64,000 nucleotides of DNA from Treponemataceae bacterium (GTDB taxonomy: Bacteria; Spirochaetota; Spirochaetia; Treponematales; Rectinemataceae), in assembly GCA_963667725.2 (NCBI GenBank), contig CAXXHO010000003.1:2208001-2272000 (forward strand). Direction: 5' to 3'. Below, one piece after another: positions 27,001-35,211 of the stretch (the first letter of the stretch is position 1; each line of letters starts with the position of its first letter). The notes under the pieces are model-generated. The model saw nothing but the letters and a program-made list of their open reading frames with translations. It was not told the origin of the DNA and searched no databases. A program made the position numbers and the translations under genes.

Positions 27001-27694
27001 CGTAGGTGACCATGTATCGATGAAGCTCGACTTTTATCGTCACGGTGAAGGTCTTGGTTTCCGTCTCCGTGCCTTTCGTAAGCGTCGCCGTCAACGTCAC
27101 TTCCGCATCCGACTGCCCGGCGGCAGGCCTAGACACGACGCCTGCCGCGCTGACGACAGAGGCGTCGCTCGTCGCCCAGCTGATCGCGACATCATTCGCG
27201 CCCGTCAGGTCGAGCGCAAGATTGCCGGTGACCATTTCGGCGGTATCGCTACCCGTAAAGCCGAGAGTCAGGCTTTCTTTGGCGGCCAGTACATCGGCGT
27301 GCGAGCTATCGGGATATGCCGCAACTTTTATCTCAAAGGTCTTTATCTCGGTTATACCGTTTTTCGTTATGGTCGCGGTCAGCGTAACCGCCACATCCGG
27401 TTGCCCGAAGGCCGGTCTCGTGACAACACCGGTATTGGTGACGACTTGCGGATTGCTGGAAACCCAGCTGATGGAAACGTCTTCGTCGCCCACCGTGGCG
27501 AGGGTCAGGGTTTGCGTGACGGTTGTTGCGGTATCGCTGGCGGCGAAACCGATGGAAAGGTTGTTTTTAGCGGTCTCGATGGCGTCGGCCGGGTTGATAT
27601 CCTTCGCGTTATTTAAAAAGTTGCTGCAGCCGACGAATCCTATCGCCGCGAGTATAACGAGAAGCCCAACGACTGTTGTCCTCAGTTTTTTCAT
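24083..27694 (-). CDS. Large surface lipoprotein (1203 aa): Ig-like domains, InlB B/Listeria-Bacteroides repeats, MucBP-like repeats and a unique C-terminal domain
   Basis: Lipobox FVGC; two Ig-like units (ISWVSSNP...VTRP...VTLTATITK); repeated GYTFxGW...TLYAKW modules. Confidence 0.85.
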   Translation of the reverse strand: MKKLRTTVVGLLVILAAIGFVGCSNFLNNAKDINPADAIETAKNNLSIGFAASDTATTVTQTLTLATVGDEDVSISWVSSNPQVVTNTGVVTRPAFGQPDVAVTLTATITKNGITEIKTFEIKVAAYPDSSHADVLAAKESLTLGFTGSDTAEMVTGNLALDLTGANDVAISWATSDASVVSAAGVVSRPAAGQSDAEVTLTATLTKGTETETKTFTVTIKVELHRYMVTYDGNGSSQGTVPTDSNRYLANAEVTVTAQGDLRKTGYSFVGWNTRADGGGTDYAPAASFQMPGESLTLYAKWTANGNTAYSLQHYKQDVSGSGYTLFETESLSGTTGSTATAVAKSYTGFTENTGHASRVASGTIAADGSLVLKLYYSRSTYTVSFSSDGGTAVSSTTGVRYGATISAPVAPTKTGYTFAGWYKESGLTNVWTFASDTVTATTTLYAKWTANTGTAYSVQHYKQDVSGSGYTLFETESLSGTTGSTATAVAKSYTGFAENTGHASRVASGTIAADGSLALKLYYSRSTYTVSFSSDGGTAVSSTTGVRYGATISAPVAPTKTGYTFAGWYKESGLTNVWTFASDTVTTATTLYAKWTANTYTVTFNAQTGTAASPASKSVTYASTYGALATTTRIGYTFSGWYTGVGGTGTNITSSSAVAITTDQTLYAKWTANTGTAYSVQHYKQDVSGSGYTLFETESLSGTTDTMATAVAKSYTGFAENTGHASRVASGTIAADGSLVLKLYYSRSTYTVSFSSDGGTAVSSTTGVRYGATISAPVAPTKTGYTFAGWYKESGLTNAWTFASDTVTTATTLYAKWTANTYTVTFNAQTGSAASPASKSVTYASTYGTLATTTRTGYTFSGWYTGTGGGGTQITASSTVAITANQTLYAYWVALSTYTVTYSGNGSGAGTVPTDANRYLAEASATVLGNTGSLYKSGGYYFDGWNTNAAGSGTDYAPGDTLTIQGNLTLYAQWTKYVVTKHVVIFRDDGSEWNQPSTYGDLLANEIGMTEGTGIAKYEYKTSADIPAYTPTVGDILIIAASQPTAFYDAYRTNKATFDSFVNAGGVMFWVYSDCGMPWGRYDSELPGGVLKSYSAFENYDDIVNSTHPITAGITSTHFYGSQASAGGFSNLDSLVSAGTISSLTTLIVQSSNRLPSLVEYSYGSGKVLAATVILDYYVSSSKREPYYTIAVNSLKYLLELM
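25016..26788 (-). repeat. Intragenic near-identical tandem modules, order A-A-B-A-B (A = 441 bp, B = 225 bp)
   Basis: Module boundaries at the CCA of the recurring (A)KW codon block: 25241, 25682, 25907, 26348, 26789; DNA nearly identical between copies. Confidence 0.9.
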
Positions 27695-28284
27695 TTCACG
27701 GCTCCCTTGACGATATACCTGGCTCCGAGGCTCACGACCAAGGTCTGTTTTGTTGTCATTGGCGTGAAAATGCAGGAGTAAGCCGGAGAAAGCCTTAGGA
27801 CGACCGCTCCGATACGGTATTCGATACCGACTTTCGGCTCGATGAGGAATCCACCAATGCCGGCTGTCCTGCCAGTCGCGTACACATCCTTCGTGTAGCC
27901 GCCGCCGACATCGACGCCGAAGCTGAAGGCGAGAGGGATTCTGCCGGAGGCGTTGCCGCCTTTTACGCCGGAGGCGAGGCTTGCGAAGGGTTCGATGCTC
28001 AATCCGCCACCGATAGTGGCGTAGAAGTCCTGTTCGCTGTGTTCGAAGGCATCGGTAAATCCATAAAGAATATTTCCGTTTACATAGGGTACGAAGGAAC
28101 CCGCGGGTCGATCGAACTCCGCGAGGAGGCCTATACCTGTGGAAATTCCCGTCACGCCCGAATAAAACATGGCTCCGGTCTTCGGCCCGATAGACAGTGA
28201 GCCGAAGAAGCTGCCTCTGTCGCTCCCATAGGCGCCGAATAACGCTGCTGCGGCGATCAATGCCGCAAGGGTGAGACGTTTCAT
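27691..28284 (-). CDS. Hypothetical exported protein, probable small outer-membrane beta-barrel
   Basis: AAGGAG RBS; signal peptide; alternating Gly/aromatic strands; ends VSLGARYI; ATGA overlap with the lipoprotein gene. Confidence 0.65.
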   Translation of the reverse strand: MKRLTLAALIAAAALFGAYGSDRGSFFGSLSIGPKTGAMFYSGVTGISTGIGLLAEFDRPAGSFVPYVNGNILYGFTDAFEHSEQDFYATIGGGLSIEPFASLASGVKGGNASGRIPLAFSFGVDVGGGYTKDVYATGRTAGIGGFLIEPKVGIEYRIGAVVLRLSPAYSCIFTPMTTKQTLVVSLGARYIVKGAVK

Positions 28285-28473
28285 TTTTCTCTCCTTCTGT
28301 AATTTACGGCCTTGGATAAGGCCTTTGGCGCACCCGTTATGCAGAGCCTCCGGTGTTGTGCGCCAGGAAAGATCATTACACTCGCGACAATGTATCGTCA
28401 ATGCCAAATCGATCAAAAAAGCTCATATCAATGATATGGAAATAATCGTGGGAATGATGGTATCCTGCTTTCC

Positions 28474-29295
28474 ATGCATTCTATAACAGATATGACGGCG
28501 GCCCAGGCGCGCGCCGTACGCTTTGTCCTCATGGATATAGACGACACGCTCACGACCGAAGGCAAATTGAGCGCGGAAAGCTACGCGGCGTTATGGGAAC
28601 TCAAGGGCGCCGGGCTTGTGGTGCTGCCCATAACGGGCCGGCCGGCCGGCTGGTGCGACCTCATCGCGAGGGAATGGCCGGTGGACGGCGTCGTGGGCGA
28701 AAACGGGGCTTTCGTGTTCTGGGAGGAGCCGGAGGGGCGGCACCTCCGCGCCATCACCCACCCCAGCGCCGTGAAGAACGACGCGCCAGCCCTCTCCCGG
28801 GTGATGGCGCGCGCGATAGCCGAAGTCCCGGGATGCCGGCCGGCCCGCGACCAGTTCGCCCGGCTCTATGACATAGCCATCGATTTCGCCGAGGAGGAGC
28901 CCGTGCTTCCCCTCTCCGACGCGCTGAAAATAAAGACGATATGCGACGAGGAAGGCGCGAAGGCCAAGGTCAGCTCCATCCACGTCAACGCATGGATGGG
29001 CGATTACGACAAGCTTACGATGGCGACGCGCTACCTGACCGCCCGTTTCGGCTACGACGATGCGCGCGATCGAGCGAGTGTCGTCTTCGTCGGCGATTCG
29101 CCCAACGACGAGCCCATGTTCGCCCATTTTCCCATGGCCTGCGGCGTGGCTAACGTTAGCCGATATAAGGAACTGATGCGCGAGCTGCCCGCTTTCGTCG
29201 CGACGAAGGAATGCGGAGCGGGCTTCGCCGAAATTGCCGATACGCTGCTGGCGCTGCGTTCGCCCGCCGGCGCCCATGGCGAGAACGCGCGATGA
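28474..29295 (+). CDS. HAD-IIB family hydrolase/phosphatase (copy 2)
   Basis: Same motifs as 22929-23744; core nearly identical, termini differ. Confidence 0.88.
   Translation: MHSITDMTAAQARAVRFVLMDIDDTLTTEGKLSAESYAALWELKGAGLVVLPITGRPAGWCDLIAREWPVDGVVGENGAFVFWEEPEGRHLRAITHPSAVKNDAPALSRVMARAIAEVPGCRPARDQFARLYDIAIDFAEEEPVLPLSDALKIKTICDEEGAKAKVSSIHVNAWMGDYDKLTMATRYLTARFGYDDARDRASVVFVGDSPNDEPMFAHFPMACGVANVSRYKELMRELPAFVATKECGAGFAEIADTLLALRSPAGAHGENAR
28633..29231 (+). repeat. Direct repeat copy 2 (599 bp, within HAD gene)
   Basis: Matches 23112-23710. Confidence 0.9.
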
Positions 29296-29819
29296 GCGCC
29301 ATCGTCATCTATGCGTCGACCACCGGTTTCACGAAAAAATACGCCGAGTGGATCGCCCAGGACTTGGGCGCCGACCTCGTCGAGGCGCGACGCTTACGCT
29401 CCGAAACGCTTCAAAACTACGACACGATAATTTACGGCGGCAGCCTCCACGCCGTGGGCATTCGGGGCATAACGTCGCTCAAGAAGAATTTCGCGCTGCT
29501 GGAGGGCAAGCGTGTCATCGTCTTCGCGACGGGCGCCACGCCATCGAGGGCCGATGTGCCCGCGGAAGTCATCAACGCCAATTTTTCGCCAGAAGAACGC
29601 GAGCGCATCCATTTCTTCTACCTGCGCGGCGGCTTCGACTACTCGAGGCTGGGGCTGGTCGACAAGCTCCTCATGAACCTGCTCAGGCTGAAGCTCGCGC
29701 GGAAGAAAGAAAGGACGCCTGATGAAAGGGGCATGCTCGCCGCCTATTCGCGGCCCGTCGATTTTACGAAGAAAGCCTATATACAGGATCTCATCGCCTG
29801 CGCGGAGGGAAAAGCATGA
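29292..29819 (+). CDS. Flavodoxin domain protein (HemG-like long-chain flavodoxin)
   Basis: IVIYASTTGFTKKYAEWIA, YGGSLHA and FFYLRGGFDY motifs; ATGA coupling on both sides. Confidence 0.85.
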   Translation: MSAIVIYASTTGFTKKYAEWIAQDLGADLVEARRLRSETLQNYDTIIYGGSLHAVGIRGITSLKKNFALLEGKRVIVFATGATPSRADVPAEVINANFSPEERERIHFFYLRGGFDYSRLGLVDKLLMNLLRLKLARKKERTPDERGMLAAYSRPVDFTKKAYIQDLIACAEGKA

Positions 29820-30652
29820 AAATAACGCTGCTCGTGGAAAACACGCCCAAAGACATTTCCATAAAAGCCGAACATGGCCTTTCATTTTTCATCGAAACCG
29901 GAGGCAAGAAAATCCTCCTCGATACGGGGCAGCGGAGCCTCTTCCTGGAAAACGCGGCCCTCCTCGGATGCGATGTGGCGGGCGCTGACTTTGCCGTTCT
30001 CTCCCACGGGCACAGCGACCATTCAGGGGGACTGGCCGCCTTCAGGGAAGTCAACCCGAACGCTCCCATCTACATGGCGAAAGCGGCGACGCGACGCTGT
30101 TATCTGCGCCGATTCGGCCTCCTCCATTTCAATGTCGGCATGGATCGATCCTTCGTATCGGATCCGGGCATCGTGCTGCTGGACGAAGATCGAAAGCTGG
30201 CGCCCGGCATCGATGTCGTCGTCGGTATTCCCCGAAAGGCCGACTATCTCACGACGAGTTCAAATCTCTATATGAAAAATGGGGTGTGGTATAAACGCGA
30301 CGACTTTTCCCATGAACTCGCCCTCGTGGTCCGCGAAGGCGAAACGGACACTACCTGCGTCTTCAGTTCCTGCTCTCACACGGGCCTGCACAACATCATG
30401 GGCTGTCTCGCGGAAAAGGGCCTGCTCGGCCCGAAAAATCTCGTTTTCGCGGGCATGCACCTCTACCATGCCATGAGCACGCGCACGGAAAGCCCTGCCC
30501 TCCTCGACCGTTTCGCGGAGGACCTCGCGGCCTTTCCCGGCACAACCTACTATGCGGGCCACTGCACTGGCCAGGCCGCCTACGAGCACCTGAAGACGAG
30601 GCTCGGCGAACGTATCCAGCCCATGCGCTGCGGGGACCAGTTCGAAATCTGA
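29816..30652 (+). CDS. MBL-fold metallo-hydrolase
   Basis: AEHGLS, LLDTG, LSHGHSDHSGG, HEL, CSH, GMH and GHCTG motifs. Confidence 0.88.
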   Translation: MKITLLVENTPKDISIKAEHGLSFFIETGGKKILLDTGQRSLFLENAALLGCDVAGADFAVLSHGHSDHSGGLAAFREVNPNAPIYMAKAATRRCYLRRFGLLHFNVGMDRSFVSDPGIVLLDEDRKLAPGIDVVVGIPRKADYLTTSSNLYMKNGVWYKRDDFSHELALVVREGETDTTCVFSSCSHTGLHNIMGCLAEKGLLGPKNLVFAGMHLYHAMSTRTESPALLDRFAEDLAAFPGTTYYAGHCTGQAAYEHLKTRLGERIQPMRCGDQFEI

Positions 30653-30689
30653 TATTGAGGTTGCCCGCGATCGGTGCGATACTTGCCAT

Positions 30690-30920
30690 ATGGGCAACCG
30701 ACGAGGACTATTAGTCTTTTCGGCGGTTCTGGTATTCTTCTTCGCGCTTGTCTCGATTTCGGTGGCTGAAGCGCCCAACGTTGCGAACGATCAAGACTTG
30801 AAAGGTTCAGGCTTCGACGTCACCACCGACGAGCTTTTCGAACTATTGGGCTTCCAGCGCTCTGTCCGCCTCGACCCAAGTTCGAAGATACTTGCGGATT
30901 GGGATTCCAGGCTGGAGTAG
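30690..30920 (+). CDS. Small hypothetical protein with signal-peptide-like N-terminus (possibly truncated)
   Basis: MGNRR followed by a hydrophobic stretch; fills an otherwise empty gap; no recognisable domain. Confidence 0.35.
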   Translation: MGNRRGLLVFSAVLVFFFALVSISVAEAPNVANDQDLKGSGFDVTTDELFELLGFQRSVRLDPSSKILADWDSRLE

Positions 30921-31060
30921 CTAACCTTGAGGGAGCGGAAGAGAAGCGGCAATCCGTCACCTTCGTGCCTTTCCAGGAATGGCAGGCCTTCGCGAAACCG
31001 CGGGACAAAAAGGTCTCCCCTTAAGTCCAGGACCGGGCACCTCCCTAGCAATGGATTCTT

Positions 31061-31930
31061 TCAGAGATCCGAATCCGTGAAGGATCTGGCGGCGCGGACC
31101 CGCAGGGAGTAGAGCTTGCTCGTCAGCGCGTTCGAGTTGTACATGTACTCAGAGAGTCCGAAGTCGCCGCTGTATGCCGTGAAGGAATGCGCGAAGCCGA
31201 CTGACGCGTCCGGATGCGTAGAAGACCAGTAGCTGGCGGCGGCAAAATTTCCTAGATCGTTGAGTCTCAGCTCCCAGTACATCAGCCGCAGTTCTTCCTG
31301 CGAGGGGAGAAACCAGTCGCTGTAGCCGCCAAGCGAATAATTCCTGCAAGCTTTTGCCGCGTAGTAACCGTACGACCCCGACCCGTCGAGTATTGTGTCC
31401 GTATTGCCTTTTCCCGCCCCAACCCAACTATGGGTACCGTCCATCACAGTGCCCCAGCCTCCCCAGGAGCTTCCCGCGCTCTGATCCTCCGGCGCGGCTT
31501 CGAAGTACGTCCACTCATTAGCGAATCTATCGAAGGTCTTCGCGAATATCAGTCCGCCGGCTGGGCCCGTGTCGCCATAGTCGTAGAGGCCGTCGTTCTC
31601 CGCGCTCGGTTTCCATTGCGCGTAGAGCATGACGTCTCCCGCGTTCATCGAGAGGCTGTCGCCAGCGGCGTAAGCAGTACCTGACCCGTCGGCTTCGGTG
31701 TTCCAGCCGTTGAAATCGCGTCCGGGTTTTGTCAGGTTTCCCGAATTGCCCAGAACGGTAATCGTCTGTCCAAGTGTGTAGCGGCCGGAGTCGACGGGGG
31801 CTTCGCCGTCGAGGTTCCCGGTGCCGATGTACCGCACGGTAAAATATTGGGCAGTATCACAGGCTGTAAAAGCGATCATGACCGCCATCGCGAAAGCAAG
31901 AGTTATGAGGCCATTTTTTCGGGTACGCAT
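31061..31930 (-). CDS. Lipoprotein with one InlB B-type repeat and a C-terminal DUF1566/Lcl-type domain
   Basis: Lipobox FTAC; GWNTEADGSGTAY...LYAQW repeat; GDTGPAGGLIF, GYSDWFLPSQEEL, YWSS and RVRAARSF motifs. Confidence 0.8.
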   Translation of the reverse strand: MRTRKNGLITLAFAMAVMIAFTACDTAQYFTVRYIGTGNLDGEAPVDSGRYTLGQTITVLGNSGNLTKPGRDFNGWNTEADGSGTAYAAGDSLSMNAGDVMLYAQWKPSAENDGLYDYGDTGPAGGLIFAKTFDRFANEWTYFEAAPEDQSAGSSWGGWGTVMDGTHSWVGAGKGNTDTILDGSGSYGYYAAKACRNYSLGGYSDWFLPSQEELRLMYWELRLNDLGNFAAASYWSSTHPDASVGFAHSFTAYSGDFGLSEYMYNSNALTSKLYSLRVRAARSFTDSDL

Positions 31931-31969
31931 TATCGTTCCTCTGATGAAAAGTTTGAAAAATTTTTAAAG

Positions 31970-31998
31970 ATCTTACCACCGCGCCCGACAGATGGCAA
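31970..31998 (-). promoter_or_regulatory. Putative sigma70 promoter of the DUF1566 lipoprotein gene
   Basis: Minus strand TTGCCA-N17-TAAGAT with TGn extension. Confidence 0.55.
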
Positions 31999-32063
31999 GA
32001 AAAAAAAGAATTCCATTCCTTTATTTTACGAAGTGAAATGAATTTTATTGACGATGGGCGACA

Positions 32064-32613
32064 TTAGTTGTCCCGCGGTTTTTCCGAAGGCACGAGGAGG
32101 GTTTGGAGCCTGACCGCCGAGATGATGCGCACGGCGGCGTTGATGAGGCCAGCCTTGCCCATCGCGAAGACGACATCGATGATCTCGAGGCGGTAAAGGC
32201 GCTCGCGTTGGCTCGGGCTGTGGGGAATGCGCCCCTGGGTGAGTGCGGAGTGCAGGAGTATGGCATGGGGCATCACGATCGCGCCCAAGATTCCCGCCGC
32301 CAGGAGGACGCTTTCCTTGCCTTTAAAAAGAGGAATTGCCGCGTGGGGGAAAACACCGCCCCATATCGGCTTTACGAGGATGAGTTCCGTCAGATAACAG
32401 AGCGAGATAACGCCGACGAAAACCGCGACCGCGGCGCCGAGGAACTCGGCGAGATCGGTGGCCATGGCCGCCAGCTCCATCACGATCCAAAGGGCGTAGG
32501 CGACCGGCTTCGGAAAGGATTGTCCGCAATGCTCGGCCAGATTCTTTCCCGTGGCGATACCGGGTTTCCTGAGCCCGCGCTACCGTCTTCTGGTCCGTCG
32601 CCGATGAAGGCAT
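32064..32613 (-). pseudogene. mntH: Nramp/MntH manganese importer pseudogene
   Basis: GIATGKNLAE...WIVMELAAMATDLAEFLGAA and GILGAIVMPHAILLHSALTQ are MntH motifs. The DPGN region and C-terminal helices are missing, and the RBS-bearing ATG at 32613 is out of frame. Confidence 0.85.
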
Positions 32614-32650
32614 GGGACCTCCCTTTGCACGCTCCGCCTTTTGATGTCCG

Positions 32651-35188
32651 TCAAGCCCAGCGCATCATTCCCGGAACGAAACGATCGCCCAAGGCGGGAT
32701 GCTTGGGAAGTATCCTTATGGAGTAGCCGATCTGTCCGGTGAGCTTTCCGTTGACGGCGGCGCCGTACTTCCAGACCGAACCTTCGTTCGAGGCGGCTGT
32801 CATTTCGGTTCGTTCGGGTGACTGTATCTCGCCCTTGCTGGTCAGCGGTCCGCGGTAGCATTCGACGCGCACTTCCTCGGGCGATAGGCCGGCGAGGTTC
32901 ACCGTCGCTTCAACATGGATTTTGGTCCCGCGCACGATGACGGGAGGGGCGTCGTCTCGGATTTCCAGGACGGCCACGGAATTCCATAGCGATCCAGCCC
33001 TGTCGAGATAGGCGGACAGCGACCGCGACGAGGCATAGCCCTCGGCCTTCAGCTTGATGCCTTCGGCCATGGCCGGTTTGTAGTAGCCGTCGTAGTATTC
33101 CTCGAGCATCCTGTGGGATGAGAAGTTCCTGCCGGTCGACTTGATCGACGCGCGCATTCTGGCGATCCATTCCCTAGGAAGGTTGTCCCTGCCCCGCCTG
33201 TAGAAGGTGGGAAGAATTTCGCGCTCGAGAAGGTCATAGAGATTTTCGCTCTCGATCTTGTCCTGCAGTTCCTCGTCCTTGTATTCCTCGCCCTGGCCTA
33301 TGGCCCAGCCGATGTCCGGGCTGTAGCCCTCGGCCCACCAGCCGTCGAGGACTGAGCAGTTGAGGACGCCGTTCATGCCGGCTTTCATGCCCGAGGTGCC
33401 CGAGGCTTCCAGGGGGCGGCGCGGTGTGTTGAGCCAGACGTCGGAACCCGAGGTCATGTAGCGTGACAGGCCCATATCGTAGTCTTCGAGGAACACGAGG
33501 CGCCCAAGCACTTCATCCTTGCGCGAGAAGTGCACGAGTTCCCTTATGATTTCCTTGCCGGGAATGTCGTGGGGATGCGCCTTGCCGGCGAAGATGATCT
33601 GTATGGGCATGGCGCCGCTGGACAAAAGCCTGATGAGCCGGTCGGGATCGCGCAGGAGAAGGTTTCCCCTCTTGTAGGTGGCGAATCGGCGCGCGAACGA
33701 AAGGGTAAAGAGAGAGGGAGATAGGGCGTCGCCTGCCTTGATGAGGGCCGGATCGGTGATGCCGAGGCGCTCCATCGTAGCGCCGAGCCTGTCTCTGCAG
33801 GAGGCCACGAGGCGCTCCCTGCGTCGTTCATGGGTTCGCCACAGCTCTTCGTCCGAAACCCGATCCATCCTCTCCCAGATATCCTTGGAGCCAGGCTCGT
33901 CGTTGAAGCGCGGGCCGAGGAAACGGTCCAGGAGGGTGAGCATGTCGTGGCTGATCCAGGTCCTGGGATGGACGCCGTTCGTTACATGGCCGATGGGAAC
34001 TTCGCCGACGGGCAGCTGTGGCCAGAGATTCTTCCACATTTCCCTGCTCACCTCGCCATGAAGGGCGGAAACGCCGTTCGCGCGGGCCGAGAGTTTGAGG
34101 GCGAAAACGGTCATGCAGAAACTTTCGTTGTTGTCGCCGGGATTCTCCCTGCCGAGGGCAAGGAATTCGGCCCAATCGATGCCGAGGTTCTGGAGCCAGC
34201 GACGGAAATATTTATCGATGAGATCGATGCCGAAGCGTTCATTGCCGGCCGGGACCGGGGTATGGGTGGTGAAAATATTCGTGGGTATGAACGCCTGAAC
34301 TGCTTCTCTTGCGGAAAGCCCCTGTTCGGTCATGAGTATCCGCACCCTTTCCAGGGCAAGGAAGGCGGAATGCCCCTCGTTCATGTGCGTGGCGGCTACT
34401 TCGACGCCGAGGGCGGAGAGCGCCCTGATGCCGCCGATGCCTAATACGATCTCCTGGCGGATCCGCATTTCTTTATCGCCGCCGTAGAGGGTGGCGGTGA
34501 TTACCCTGTCCTCGGGGGAATTCTCGGGGATGTTGGTGTCGAGGAGATAGAGACTCGCCCGGCCGACTTTCACTTCCCAGATCGCCGCATGCACAAGCTT
34601 TCCGGCCAGCTCCACCGAAATGAGGATGGGCTTGCCATCGGCATCAGAGCACTGCTGGACGGGCATATTGTACCAGTCGTTCTCCGGATAGGATTCCTGC
34701 TGGAAGCCGTCGGCGTTCAGGTACTGTTTGAAGTAGCCCTGGCGGTACAGAAGGCCCACGCCGACAAGGGGAAGCCCTAGGTCGCTCGAGGTTTTCATGT
34801 GGTCGCCCGAAAGGATTCCCAGGCCGCCCGAATAGGTCGGCAGGGAGACGTCGATCCCGAACTCCATGGAGAAATAGGCGGTAACGGGGGTCTTGGGACC
34901 CTTGTGCCAAGCTTCTCCCTTCTTGTAACGCTCGAAGCGGTTTTTCACGTCATTGAGGGAAGCGATGAAGGAATCGTCCTGCGCCAGCTGGTCGAATCGT
35001 TCCTGACTCACCATGCCCAGCATTTTGATCGGATTCTGGCCGCTCGCCGCCCACGCGTCCGGGTCTATGCGGATGAAAAGCGAGACGGCGTCGAAGTTCC
35101 AGGACAGCCACAAATTGCGCGCTATAGGATCGAGGGCGGCGAGTTCGCCTTCCAGCCTTGGTTTTACCGTATGGGTCAGAATTTTCAT
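32651..35188 (-). CDS. glgP: Alpha-glucan (glycogen/starch) phosphorylase
   Basis: YFSMEFG, YSGGLG, HMNEGH, FTTHTP, ARRFATYKR and EASGTSGMK (PLP lysine) motifs. Confidence 0.95.
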   Translation of the reverse strand: MKILTHTVKPRLEGELAALDPIARNLWLSWNFDAVSLFIRIDPDAWAASGQNPIKMLGMVSQERFDQLAQDDSFIASLNDVKNRFERYKKGEAWHKGPKTPVTAYFSMEFGIDVSLPTYSGGLGILSGDHMKTSSDLGLPLVGVGLLYRQGYFKQYLNADGFQQESYPENDWYNMPVQQCSDADGKPILISVELAGKLVHAAIWEVKVGRASLYLLDTNIPENSPEDRVITATLYGGDKEMRIRQEIVLGIGGIRALSALGVEVAATHMNEGHSAFLALERVRILMTEQGLSAREAVQAFIPTNIFTTHTPVPAGNERFGIDLIDKYFRRWLQNLGIDWAEFLALGRENPGDNNESFCMTVFALKLSARANGVSALHGEVSREMWKNLWPQLPVGEVPIGHVTNGVHPRTWISHDMLTLLDRFLGPRFNDEPGSKDIWERMDRVSDEELWRTHERRRERLVASCRDRLGATMERLGITDPALIKAGDALSPSLFTLSFARRFATYKRGNLLLRDPDRLIRLLSSGAMPIQIIFAGKAHPHDIPGKEIIRELVHFSRKDEVLGRLVFLEDYDMGLSRYMTSGSDVWLNTPRRPLEASGTSGMKAGMNGVLNCSVLDGWWAEGYSPDIGWAIGQGEEYKDEELQDKIESENLYDLLEREILPTFYRRGRDNLPREWIARMRASIKSTGRNFSSHRMLEEYYDGYYKPAMAEGIKLKAEGYASSRSLSAYLDRAGSLWNSVAVLEIRDDAPPVIVRGTKIHVEATVNLAGLSPEEVRVECYRGPLTSKGEIQSPERTEMTAASNEGSVWKYGAAVNGKLTGQIGYSIRILPKHPALGDRFVPGMMRWA

Positions 35189-35211
35189 CTCGATGCCACC
35201 TTCTCTTTTAC

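Noticed and set aside
28340..28353. GCAGAGCCTCCGG resembling part of a c-di-GMP-I aptamer
   Set aside because: Wrong strand for the nearest downstream lipoprotein operon, and it lacks the upstream GGCAAA/GAAA helix.
23112..29231. 599-bp direct repeats as IS copies of a composite transposon
   Set aside because: The repeats encode a HAD phosphatase core; there is no transposase or terminal inverted repeat.
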